This document shows, in pieces, positions 9,023-19,015 of a stretch of 64,000 bases of DNA. The translations under genes and the position numbers were made by a program. Within the stretch, counting starts at the first letter, position 1. Each line of letters starts with the position of its first letter. The notes under the pieces are model-generated. The model made no database searches and was not told the DNA's origin. It was given only the letters and a program-made list of their open reading frames with translations. Source of the stretch: Botryllus schlosseri (lineage: Eukaryota); the NCBI GenBank assembly GCA_051294905.1, contig CM119371.1:20338001-20402000 (forward strand). Direction: 5' to 3'.

Positions 9023-11413
9023 ATGAGTTTTTTTTGGCAGAAAAAGAAAAAAAATGACGCTTCTGCACTACAAAAGAATATTGCATTGATGAAAAACACT
9101 CAGCAGCGACATCTCGCGACTCAAACTAGAAAAGACCATTTAGTATCGGAGGTTCAGGACCAAGCAAAACTTTTGAAGGAGGTAAAATCTATGCTACCTA
9201 AAACTGTTAAAGATTTGAAACAGGCTAGAAAAGATGTCAAACAGGCGGAAATTGATTTGAACGCGGTACAAAAGGCCACCGAAAAAGCCTGCACCAAGAT
9301 ATCCGCTGAAACGCTGGACCAGGTTTTGAGTAGACAATTTCAAGCGGGGGTGGATTTTGAAAAAACGGAGGGAGTGTCAAAAATACTTTCTATGCCTACA
9401 TTGGCGAACCCAAGACCGTCCGCTCCACCGCCGGATTATCGTGCAACTCAAACCATTCCGGTATTTACGAAGGCTTTGCTTCCAAGTTCTAGTGATTCCA
9501 CGCTACCAAAAAAAATTCTGAAGCAACCCGGGGCAGCGCCGACTATAACAAATCCTAGTGTTATGCAAATGTCATCATTTCCCGTGGGAGTGGCTGGATT
9601 AGATGTGATTCCAGACCACCATGTCATCAGAGGATCAATTATTGGACCACCGGATTCGGAAGGCGTGCCACGATTGCTAGCATCGCAACGTTCACGTTTA
9701 ATTGCGAAGCCGTTATTCACCCCACAAAACACACAGCGCCAAGGGCGGATTGTGGTGCCCCGGCCAGGGAAAAGAACCAGAGTTACCTGGTACGATGATG
9801 ATAAGGGGGACGAGGGTGATAATGAGGACGATGACGCAGAGTCTGATCTTATTGACCTGGATGACCATAGTAGTGATTCGGGTCAGAGTCATGTTGATGT
9901 ACCAAATACGAAGCCCATGACGATGCAAGAAATTTTAGCCATCATGAAATCGCCCGGAAGTATGCCTCTGTTGCGATTTATCGAGGATATACTTAGATGT
10001 GTACCACACGGCGATGGTGATACGATAGCGGACCGAATCTTGGCCAACGCTATACAGCATAAATTAATCATGGCAAAGAGATCGGATGAGGCGGAGCAAT
10101 TGGCAGATATACTTAGCGTTGACAATCCAAAGTGGCAAGACGCTTTGGAAATATTGTCATTGGCCAACCCAATTGAGACGTGTAATAAGGATGCGTTGAT
10201 TCGTGAATTTGCCGAGTCATTCAATTGGACAAAGACACCTATATTGGAAATTCATCGAGTTCTCAGAAAGATGGACCTGCCCCTCGATCAGATAGTAATG
10301 GGCGACCCAGATGGTATTAGACTCTTTCGAAATCTGAGGTCACTATTGCCCCCCACCCTGAGAACCCTGCTACAGGGCTATGAATTTTTGTCATGGCAAA
10401 AAATCGCCAAATTGTTGCAGGAATTTTGGAATAGTGAGAAAATGGATCGTCAAGCCGCGATAAAACCGTACGCAACTCCGGCATCTTATCCAGTGCATAA
10501 GCAAATACCGACAGCCGTTAATACACCGAATTCCGTGTCTTATCCGGTAGCCACGCCCACGCCAGTGACGATATATAATTGTCAAACTCCGAGAGATATG
10601 CCGTGCTGCCCTACTAGGAGCTCGGAAGGCGTGAGAAGTCAAACGCTGTATCAAGGAGCTGGGGTCGCTTACACGGTGGAACCCACACGGCGGAATCCTG
10701 AACGACAAGCAAAGAAGAATCGTTTTCAGCTGAATCGGAATCAGCCAACCTTGAGAGGTAGGACCGATGTGCCTAGCGATAAAAGAGACTCCACTCCAGC
10801 GGACAGTTATGAAGCAAGAAGAATAGCTCAAGAACAAGGTAGATCTTATAATTTTCTTGAGAACCCAAACGTCTTTGAAAAGCTTGGATTGTATACGCAT
10901 CCTTCTAATGGCCAGAAGTTAATGGTGTGTTACCTATGTAAAAGTATAGGGCATTCTGTCAGCCAATGTTTATGCAAAGTAATCCTCTGGATTAACCAAC
11001 TAGTACTTACTAAAGATGAGGAGGGTGAATGGATTGTCCGCCCTCGCTCGAAACCCCTTCCAAGCCCATTGTTTGAAGAAGTAAAATCTAAGTGGGAATC
11101 TTTCCTCCGAGGTGAAAATCCGGAGGGCAGAAAGCTAATGACAATCCAAGATTTAAACCAATATTTCGCTGATCAGGGGTCCCCCAGTTTGCAAGAGAGA
11201 GCGCGGTTATGCGAATTGTATTTTGACGAGCGCCCAAAACGACGTGATCCATTAAATTGGCAACATAGACCAATTTTTGAACCGCCAAATATCGAGGCGC
11301 CAATGGCTAGTGCTAATCCTGTGGTTTGTCGTCCAAATGTCGTCCAACGGCCCTTTCCTCATTGGTCGGATTCAGAATTGTTAACTGGGGTGAATTTGTC
11401 AAAAAACGGTTAG
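9023..11413 (+). CDS. gag: Gag-like polyprotein (796 aa)
   Basis: Basic N-terminus (MSFFWQKKKK), coiled-coil, PSAPPPDY late-domain motif (9416-9439), acidic linker, helical CA-like region, and zinc knuckle CYLCKSIGHSVSQC (10928-10969). Overlaps pol in the -1 frame. Confidence 0.85.
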   Translation: MSFFWQKKKKNDASALQKNIALMKNTQQRHLATQTRKDHLVSEVQDQAKLLKEVKSMLPKTVKDLKQARKDVKQAEIDLNAVQKATEKACTKISAETLDQVLSRQFQAGVDFEKTEGVSKILSMPTLANPRPSAPPPDYRATQTIPVFTKALLPSSSDSTLPKKILKQPGAAPTITNPSVMQMSSFPVGVAGLDVIPDHHVIRGSIIGPPDSEGVPRLLASQRSRLIAKPLFTPQNTQRQGRIVVPRPGKRTRVTWYDDDKGDEGDNEDDDAESDLIDLDDHSSDSGQSHVDVPNTKPMTMQEILAIMKSPGSMPLLRFIEDILRCVPHGDGDTIADRILANAIQHKLIMAKRSDEAEQLADILSVDNPKWQDALEILSLANPIETCNKDALIREFAESFNWTKTPILEIHRVLRKMDLPLDQIVMGDPDGIRLFRNLRSLLPPTLRTLLQGYEFLSWQKIAKLLQEFWNSEKMDRQAAIKPYATPASYPVHKQIPTAVNTPNSVSYPVATPTPVTIYNCQTPRDMPCCPTRSSEGVRSQTLYQGAGVAYTVEPTRRNPERQAKKNRFQLNRNQPTLRGRTDVPSDKRDSTPADSYEARRIAQEQGRSYNFLENPNVFEKLGLYTHPSNGQKLMVCYLCKSIGHSVSQCLCKVILWINQLVLTKDEEGEWIVRPRSKPLPSPLFEEVKSKWESFLRGENPEGRKLMTIQDLNQYFADQGSPSLQERARLCELYFDERPKRRDPLNWQHRPIFEPPNIEAPMASANPVVCRPNVVQRPFPHWSDSELLTGVNLSKNG

Positions 11414-14400
11414 CTACACTGGCTCATTTTGTGAACCAGTGTGCAGACGAACTATTACCACATAGAACCGCGAGAATAATAAATAATTTGTCATTGCCGT
11501 TATTTAGTATGTTCGGGGAAATTAAAGATTCTGATGATTGTAATTTCGCAAAGCTTTTTGGGGGTGAATTGATGTACCTAGTCGATATGAACACTAATGT
11601 AAATTTTTTAGCAGACACAGGAAGCGTGCCAAATTTGATGATGTCGTCGACGGCGAAATTGGTTTATCCCTATAGTTGGCGAAGGCGGTGTTCATTGCGT
11701 ATGAATTTACAAGGTATAGGTGGGTCGTCACAGGTTGAGTCATTAATATATATAGAAATTGATGGGGTTTCAATTCCTTTTGCGTGTGGTAATGTCCCGT
11801 TAAATATTATCGGATATCATTGGATAGACAAGGTTATATCGCTGCCTTCAATTGATGCGGTGTTAAAAAGCCCGTCAATTGCAAGTCACGAGCTGGCTCA
11901 GTCCGAAATAGGTGTTCCGTGTTCATTGTCGACATATGCCGTGATAGAATATGATGACGAAGGGCGGGAAATAAAAACTTTGGCCAAACAAAGAAATAAC
12001 GTGAAGAACAGCAATCGCGAAGCTGTTTCGGATGTTAGGTCGTTAGAAATTGGAAAGTCGCACCCGTGCCAATTTAATAGTGACAGCGCTGTTAGTATAT
12101 GCGCTGAAAATATTGGTGAAATGCAGGCACGAAATTTGGTCACATTCGGTGTAAAATGTGAGTGCGACGGGTTGAAAAGTTTTAGGGCGCAAGATCTTTT
12201 CAATCCAATAGGCCCCGAAGTGGATGTTGACGTAAGCGTACCGAAGCATCAAAAATCTCATAGTGGAGAGTTATTTGCCTCGTTTCTAACGACAAATAAA
12301 AGGCCAAAATATTTCCCGCGAAAAGTATTCGATGGTCCAATAACGGAATATGTGTTGCAAAATGAATCGGATATAGAGGTTAGATTGGAATTGGAAGAAC
12401 TTCGTAAGCAATCCGTATTGCTGTCAAAAACGCCATTCCAACAGCCCGATCTAAATGACGACGCCAATGCTATTATAGACGAAAAAACATGGAGAGCGGT
12501 GTATGAGCCGTTCGCCGCGGAATTAGAAGATCTCGTCGGGCATCTACAGGGAAAGCAGGCCATGATGTATCCATGTAAAATAGAACTAAAAGATGAGTCG
12601 ACTACTCCTTTTGTGTCTTCGCCTTATAATTTAAGGGGTAAAGAACAATCGACTGCTTTGGAAGAAGCAATTGACAAATTTTTGCATCTTGGTATTGCAG
12701 AAGTTGGGTTTGCGGATTGGATGTTGCCTATATTTGTGGTTCCGCAAAAGGTGAACAGCGCCCAAATGAAATCTGGGGGCTGGACCCAGAAATGGCGTGT
12801 AGTGCAGAATTTACAGCCGTTAAACTCGAAAATCCGAATAATGGAAATAAATATGCCTTTAGTAAGCGATATGAAGCAATTGGCTCAAGGTTGCGAAGTC
12901 CTCTCATTGATCGATTTACAGAAGGCTTATTTTCATATTGACGTGGCCGAAGAATCAAGACATTTCCTGGGTATTGCGGTAAAAGGGCATTATATAAGAT
13001 ATCGGAAATTACCCATGGGGCTAATATTTAGCGGGGCTTTATTTACTATTAACATTTTAGAGGGGGTTATACAACCAGTTCTTAAAAAATATAAGGCTTA
13101 TATGGAATCCCAAGGTAGAAAGGACGAATTACTTTCAAACCCAATTGAGGCTTATATTGACGATATCTTTTTATGTACAAAAAATGTGAATGATCATTTA
13201 TTCCTTCTTAAAATTGTATTCGAGCAACTTGCACTAATGAAATTGACAGTCAGTGTACATAAGTGTTATTTTGGTAAACGAAAAATCGAACTGCTGGGTT
13301 CTACAATAACCGGCCGCAATATTGAAATCCAACCTCAACGCTTGTTTGCGTTGAAAACTATGGCACCCCCAAGAAATATTTACGAATTGCGTGGGTGGAT
13401 AGGATCTATACGGTATATTTCTGATCACGTACCAAAACTAAGCGTAAAACTAGCGAACTTTGATTCGCTCACGGGCAATGTGCCTGCGACGAGGGCAAAA
13501 TTAACGCCCGTATTTTGGACAAGGCAACTTTTAGAAGATTTTAAAATAATCCAGCATAGTCTTGATGATCCTCAGATTTTGTTTCATTTTGATCCCAAAT
13601 TGCCATTGTTCGTGGAAACTGATGCTTCAGACGTTGGGTTTGGGGCAGTAATGTTCCAAACAGAACTGGGAGCCACACACCCTTTCGACACGGTGTATCC
13701 TCTTGCGTATTATAGCCATAAGTGGGTCACTTCTACCGCGCGGGCGTATAACGCTTGTACTAAAGAATTGAAGGCACTTCGTGATTCGGTTGAAAAATGG
13801 CAAACTACCTTACGATGTACTCCTTTTACAATAATCACAGATAACGCTGGAGTATATGGACTACTTCAGAGGATGACCAGCCGGGGAAAGCATCCTAGCC
13901 CTGATCTGTTATTACAACGATGGTTGAGTTATTTGTCCGGTTTTCAGATAAAACGAGTTATTAATTTGAAAACAGATGAAGTGTTCACATCGGATGGTCT
14001 GTCTCGATCTTATTGGATGCAGTTCGCGGCGGACGACCAAGACCCAGGCGTGTGGACGGTGGTCGCTGATAATCAAGGGGGCGATACAACTGGGGGTGAA
14101 GTGAGTTCAAAAAAAATTGCAGAAAAAATATGTCGACGGGTACTACAACATTGTAGGCATGAGTCTTGTAAATATGTGCAAAATGGCTACCACCCATGGA
14201 AACAAGTTCAATTAATATTGCTTGAAAGTCTCGACATCAATTTTCCGATTGACGAATTGAAAAAGGTGTTATTAAATTGCAGACGTGCAATTTTAAACGA
14301 GACGGGGGTAGCAGCGGCACATGGGCATACTCTTGGACAGACGCCTAAATATGATGAATATGAAGGTAACGACGCTTTATTCCACATAACTAAACAAGAA

Positions 14401-14625
14401 AATTTGAAGTCCATAATACAGGGCGAATTAAAATCAATGAATCGCCGCTATATACATTTCACAAATAGGCGTGCTGAGATTAAAGATAGACATCGACAGA
14501 AGGTGGTGAGCGCACAACCTCAAGTATTGCGAAGATTGGGATATCATTTTTGGCAATCACCGAACCCGGAAGTTATTTTGTGTAAAGAATCGATCCCAGG
14601 GGTATTATTAAGAGTGGAGGAATGA
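11326..14625 (+). CDS. pol: Pol polyprotein: aspartic protease, reverse transcriptase, RNase H; no integrase DDE core recognised
   Basis: FLADTGS (DTG 11614-11622); RT motifs WRVVQNLQPLN, LIDLQKAYFHI, LPMGL, YIDD (13153-13164), LLG; RNase H VETDASDVGFGAV, KELKAL, IITDN, SDGLSR. About 200 aa follow without a D,D(35)E pattern. Confidence 0.92.
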   Translation: MSSKCRPTALSSLVGFRIVNWGEFVKKRLATLAHFVNQCADELLPHRTARIINNLSLPLFSMFGEIKDSDDCNFAKLFGGELMYLVDMNTNVNFLADTGSVPNLMMSSTAKLVYPYSWRRRCSLRMNLQGIGGSSQVESLIYIEIDGVSIPFACGNVPLNIIGYHWIDKVISLPSIDAVLKSPSIASHELAQSEIGVPCSLSTYAVIEYDDEGREIKTLAKQRNNVKNSNREAVSDVRSLEIGKSHPCQFNSDSAVSICAENIGEMQARNLVTFGVKCECDGLKSFRAQDLFNPIGPEVDVDVSVPKHQKSHSGELFASFLTTNKRPKYFPRKVFDGPITEYVLQNESDIEVRLELEELRKQSVLLSKTPFQQPDLNDDANAIIDEKTWRAVYEPFAAELEDLVGHLQGKQAMMYPCKIELKDESTTPFVSSPYNLRGKEQSTALEEAIDKFLHLGIAEVGFADWMLPIFVVPQKVNSAQMKSGGWTQKWRVVQNLQPLNSKIRIMEINMPLVSDMKQLAQGCEVLSLIDLQKAYFHIDVAEESRHFLGIAVKGHYIRYRKLPMGLIFSGALFTINILEGVIQPVLKKYKAYMESQGRKDELLSNPIEAYIDDIFLCTKNVNDHLFLLKIVFEQLALMKLTVSVHKCYFGKRKIELLGSTITGRNIEIQPQRLFALKTMAPPRNIYELRGWIGSIRYISDHVPKLSVKLANFDSLTGNVPATRAKLTPVFWTRQLLEDFKIIQHSLDDPQILFHFDPKLPLFVETDASDVGFGAVMFQTELGATHPFDTVYPLAYYSHKWVTSTARAYNACTKELKALRDSVEKWQTTLRCTPFTIITDNAGVYGLLQRMTSRGKHPSPDLLLQRWLSYLSGFQIKRVINLKTDEVFTSDGLSRSYWMQFAADDQDPGVWTVVADNQGGDTTGGEVSSKKIAEKICRRVLQHCRHESCKYVQNGYHPWKQVQLILLESLDINFPIDELKKVLLNCRRAILNETGVAAAHGHTLGQTPKYDEYEGNDALFHITKQENLKSIIQGELKSMNRRYIHFTNRRAEIKDRHRQKVVSAQPQVLRRLGYHFWQSPNPEVILCKESIPGVLLRVEE
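11401..11444 (+). promoter_or_regulatory. -1 programmed ribosomal frameshift signal (gag-pol)
   Basis: Slippery heptamer A AAA AAC (11401-11407) is in the correct gag phase, with a single codon (GGT) between it and the gag TAG. A hairpin follows: ACACTGG (11416-11422) pairs with CCAGTGT (11436-11442), with extra GC/GC and TCA/TGA pairs. pol is in the -1 frame. Confidence 0.8.
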
Positions 14626-17600
14626 AATAAGGTGATATTTACTTAGTAGAAAATGGCCTGAGAATTAATAAAGTAAATAATCGCAAGATGAAGCCTTGGT
14701 TGTTGTCATTATATACCAGGCTACAGTTTAATTGGTTTAAAGGCGGGTGTATAATATAGTTATCGGTGAGCCACATGTTTCAGATTTGAAGAATGAAAAT
14801 TGATGTAATCCTAAAAAGCTAATATTCGGTGGATCGTTTCTCTGAAATAGCGGGAAGATTGCCGGAAAGAATACCCATAAGGCCTGTGATTAACAGTCGG
14901 AAATATGAGTCATATGAGGCTTCGGTCATACGATCATTTGTATGGTATTGTCGTCATGGGCTAGAGTGTGCACCATGACAACAGATATGCGGGCGGAAAA
15001 TGCGCATGCTCCTATGTCCTTGGCCTTGCATTTCTACGAGTTACGTTGCTTCGTGCATCAGCCCCACACATTGCATAAGTTATTATTGTTTCCATCCAGA
15101 AACTTGCTTGTTGTATGTATATTTCTCAGATATAAAGGTAATATTGATGTAACACTTATTATCGATATCTCTCACTGCAAATTGCAAGTACGATGAAAGT
15201 TGCGAAAAGTTATCACAAAAGTGGTATCGGATATTATCTTGTTTCAACTGATACCAACGTTGGGAATACATTTTCACAAAATGGACCTATTACTATGTTG
15301 AATGTCATCAGGATAATGGGATATATTCCGTTATGATCATGAACTTGCTGGAAAAATCAGGATAGCTAAAGGTTGTACCATAGGGAAGCCCCGCTGTATG
15401 TTGCTGATTGTAAATGTTTCGCACAATTACTGGGGTGGCATGAAAATCAGTCACCAAACAAATACGAAAGGAGGAATGTGACTTTAGAAAACTGCAACGT
15501 GGAAGATTCTGGAGATCTTATCTCATAATATGGTGACATTCAGCTGTGGATTCACAGACTGCATCTCAAGGCAGGGAGCAAATGATGCACTGCGAATGAT
15601 ATTGGGCGCCTTTAATTTTGTGAACTACAGACACTGCTCAACGAAAATGCCTTGCTAGATCACTAGGTTACTCTCCAGTCTCCAATTACAGTGCAGATGG
15701 CTGTTTTTTATGCACTTGGCAATCATTTTTGCATGTTACCCGTCATATTACAACTTTGCAAGGTGTCAGCTGTCTGTGTTTTGGTTTGTAGTCAATAGTG
15801 TCTTCTGGTTAGAGCTATCGAAAGATATCGGGGGCAAAACTTAGAACACTCCGGAAAACTCCGGATAAATATCTGCTGTAAACTCCGAGCCCACTCCGAG
15901 TATCACAAAATTGGCAAAACTCCGCTCCGGAAACACTCCGACTCCGCTCCGATGCTCATCACTGGTGCTTGAAGGGTCAGGTCTTTATAAGAACCCTCCA
16001 GCACTCCTATGCAAAATACAGCATATTTTATGTGATTGAAAAATGCTTGATCGCAGGAGTTTTTTTTAGAGTATGGCACAAATGACCCATGAGGTCCCAG
16101 TTTGTCGAAGATGTGCGAATCCACATGTTTGTTTTGATGTTTTTGCCTGATGGTTTGGAAAAAAAAGCTTCAAAGCTCTCAAGGAGAATAGTCATATTAG
16201 AGCTCGCTGACTTATGATAGGCTGCTCCAACTTGTGCTTAGTTATTTTCTTTCAATTTTCCATTTTCTGTGTTTCGAGTAAATGAGAGGAGCAGAGAAAG
16301 TCAAGATGCCGTGTGTTCGGCTTTTTAGCGCAATCCATCTTGAAAGTTCATAACAGTTCAATAACCATGTAGCAGCGGTTGTTAAACTTTTTAAACAGCG
16401 ACAAAATTCTGAGGCTTAGTGACATCACGCGACCCAAGCCTTTCACATCAGAAATAATGCATTTTTATCATTAGCATGCTACCATTTTACGGGCATGTGA
16501 GACGCAGAGAACCCGCATACACTATTTATAAGAAATACAGCTCTACGAAACATGTCTGATACACGCGATTTCAAATTGGAGAGATTTACACGCCTCTGTG
16601 CGACGCATTTGTACTACTGTCTAGTCAGATTGCAAGGACGGGATTATTCGGTGCTGACTGACTGCCAAGCAGCGACGGTAATTGTAGGCCGAGGTTTTGT
16701 TACTGCTGATCTTTCTGCCACCGCACTTTCCCAGCAGTAGGTTGGCCAAACCTTCACATCTTAATGTGTCCCGACGACCTCGACCTCAAAAGAAATTAGT
16801 CTCATTGGCCCGCACCCGCTCGTTGTACACCCATACACTGAAGAATCGCAGAGGTCTTAGACGGTGTTTTCTAGAGAAATCAGTTGGACAGTCGTGAATT
16901 CAAACTAATTTATGTAACGCAAATGTTGGGACATTTTCATGGTCAAGCCATATTTTCTGCATGTCTCGCATATTGGCTATCGTTCCCTCCACATTTAATT
17001 TTTCAAAAACTACCACAAGTCGTTACGACACCTTCCTATCTTTTCATTGTCTCGCAGTTTTATGGTGATTTGAAATGATGATAATATTATTAAACTGATT
17101 CAGTGACCTTGAGTATAAAAAAACTAACCACGTGCAATCGCGCCCAGCGCGAAGGAATTTGTCGCAACAAATTTAACGAATATTATATACATCATAAAGG
17201 GGCACTGCACTCTAAAGTCTAAATACGATGTGGTCTCAAATTAAACATGAAATCGGGAAAATGTTTTTGTCCGAGGCCATTTTCTTGGGAAAGCCACCGT
17301 GATGGAGAGGTAGCTAAATGAAAATTCAAACTATCCTCATTCCTCGCTATTTGAATTAATAGTCATCAATAGTGGCGCGGCTGCGAGTCTACGGCTGCTT
17401 AACCCCTGCTTAATCTCCACTTGCACTTGCTCGACGCGGCCACCATATTCTATTCACTTCATTTCTTTAAGTCAGTGGTTTTCAACGTTTTTGTCTTAGC
17501 AGAACCGTTTTGGACCGTCATGGACCCCCGCGGACCCCAAAAGGTTTAGTTCAATTTTAGCTCTATCACCGTGCAACCGTCGTCGTCTGTCCTGAAATGT

Positions 17601-19015
17601 CGGCTGTAGGCTAGTGATAAACAACAACAAGATGACCGTTATTAAAAATAACATCACAGCCAATCTATTTATGTTGGAAGTGGGAATAAGTTTATTACTT
17701 CAAAGCTGATTCTGTATCTTAACTTCTTGAAATATGCGGTCGTGCCTTGAAAATCCGCGACGTCTGTTTAATATGAACAAGTGCCGAAAATCGATTTGCG
17801 CAAAGATAGCTAGTGGCGGATGTAATAACAACGCATGACACTTTCGACGACACCTTTGGGTATCATCGCGGCATGTATGATAGAAAAAGCGATTTTTAGT
17901 TAACATATAACGTCCAGCATAGTGATTGATATCTAGCAGTTCATCTTGAAATTGTTCTGGAATAGCGGTAATGCATACCACAGGAGAAAACGGATTTTAC
18001 AAACATTTCTATTCTAAAACGTCAACAAAACATCTTTAAACAGCATTGTTTGTAATGATAGGCTATGAGCAATTTGGCAATTAAAATGAGTTTGCACAGT
18101 GGAATATTTCATCTCCGACGGCCGTTCTGTTTATGTGAGTTATTAAGTTTCAGCGGTCATGAAGAGAAACGGCCACGTGATTTCTCTAATTAAAAAAGTA
18201 CGGATTAGGAGGTTTTGTGAACCCGCTGATAGTCCTTCGCGAACCCGTGATTAAGGAACACTGTTAACCGATAACTGGCACGCTGGGTTTTACTGACGCC
18301 CCATTAATTATTATTACAATCAAAATTACAATATGACAATCCTTTCTGGGATGCATCGAGCAGAAAAAGCGATGATTTACTTCAAAAACTAAGATATCGG
18401 ATTCTCCGCATTATTATTATATGTGATGAGTCAAATATACAAGATTTGATGAATCTAGAAGTTTTCGAGTGCATGTATCTATTCCAATGCGGTTACTACC
18501 CTGGAAAATTCAATGGCTTGACAAATTCTCGGCAGATAATGAGTATTGCTGTACCTTGTGAGTCACCAAATAGTTTTGAGGGGTCCGTGAAACATCAATC
18601 AATATCACGAGGAATATGCTAAAAACCGGGTATTAAATCCTGACTTTACCGCTAATACGACAATTCATCATTCACACGATTACAAAGTAGACGACTTTCA
18701 GGCCGGAATTGGGATAATCAATAGATATCAGCAGAATTTGAAATGAGTGAAGGAGAGACCTGATCTGTACATTTGGCATAATGATTATGCATTTTCCTGT
18801 AGTCAAGTCACAGGCATGATTCTGAAAGATTCAGCCCATTTTCTGGGCGTGTTTTTTCCGAGTGGATGTTTGATTATTGCATTGGCTTGAATAAAGGTTT
18901 ACCTCATATCAACTGCTGTAACGATGGTAATAGATATGCCATGAATGATATAAGTAAGAATTTTATGCTTTCGGGTCCGTCAAGGCCGTGCTAAGTAAAA
19001 GTGTGAGAACTCCTC

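Larger units (their letters stand above)
1..14978 (+). mobile_element. Enveloped LTR retroelement / endogenous retrovirus-like element (Ty3/gypsy-type pol) in permuted or tandem order: env1-env2-3 accessory ORFs-PPT-LTR-PBS-gag-pol. Left end lies outside the window; right end is approximate.
   Basis: Seven long co-oriented intact ORFs; gag CCHC, protease DTG, RT YIDD and RNase H motifs; PPT/TG...CA/PBS signals between the accessory ORFs and gag. No second LTR copy was found in the window. Confidence 0.85.

Noticed and set aside
10391..10900. 169-aa antisense ORF within gag (and other antisense ORFs in env and pol)
   Set aside because: No recognisable motifs; expected as shadows of long sense ORFs.
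1..14978. DIRS/tyrosine-recombinase or Gmr1-type (integrase before RT) element
   Set aside because: No R-H-R-Y recombinase ORF is visible, a protease is present, and the region between PR and RT has no HHCC or DDE motifs.
15000..18600. Short ORFs and partial MITE ends (e.g. 15830-15966, 16372, 17473-18263)
   Set aside because: No coding signal, and matching termini or TSDs could not be established.
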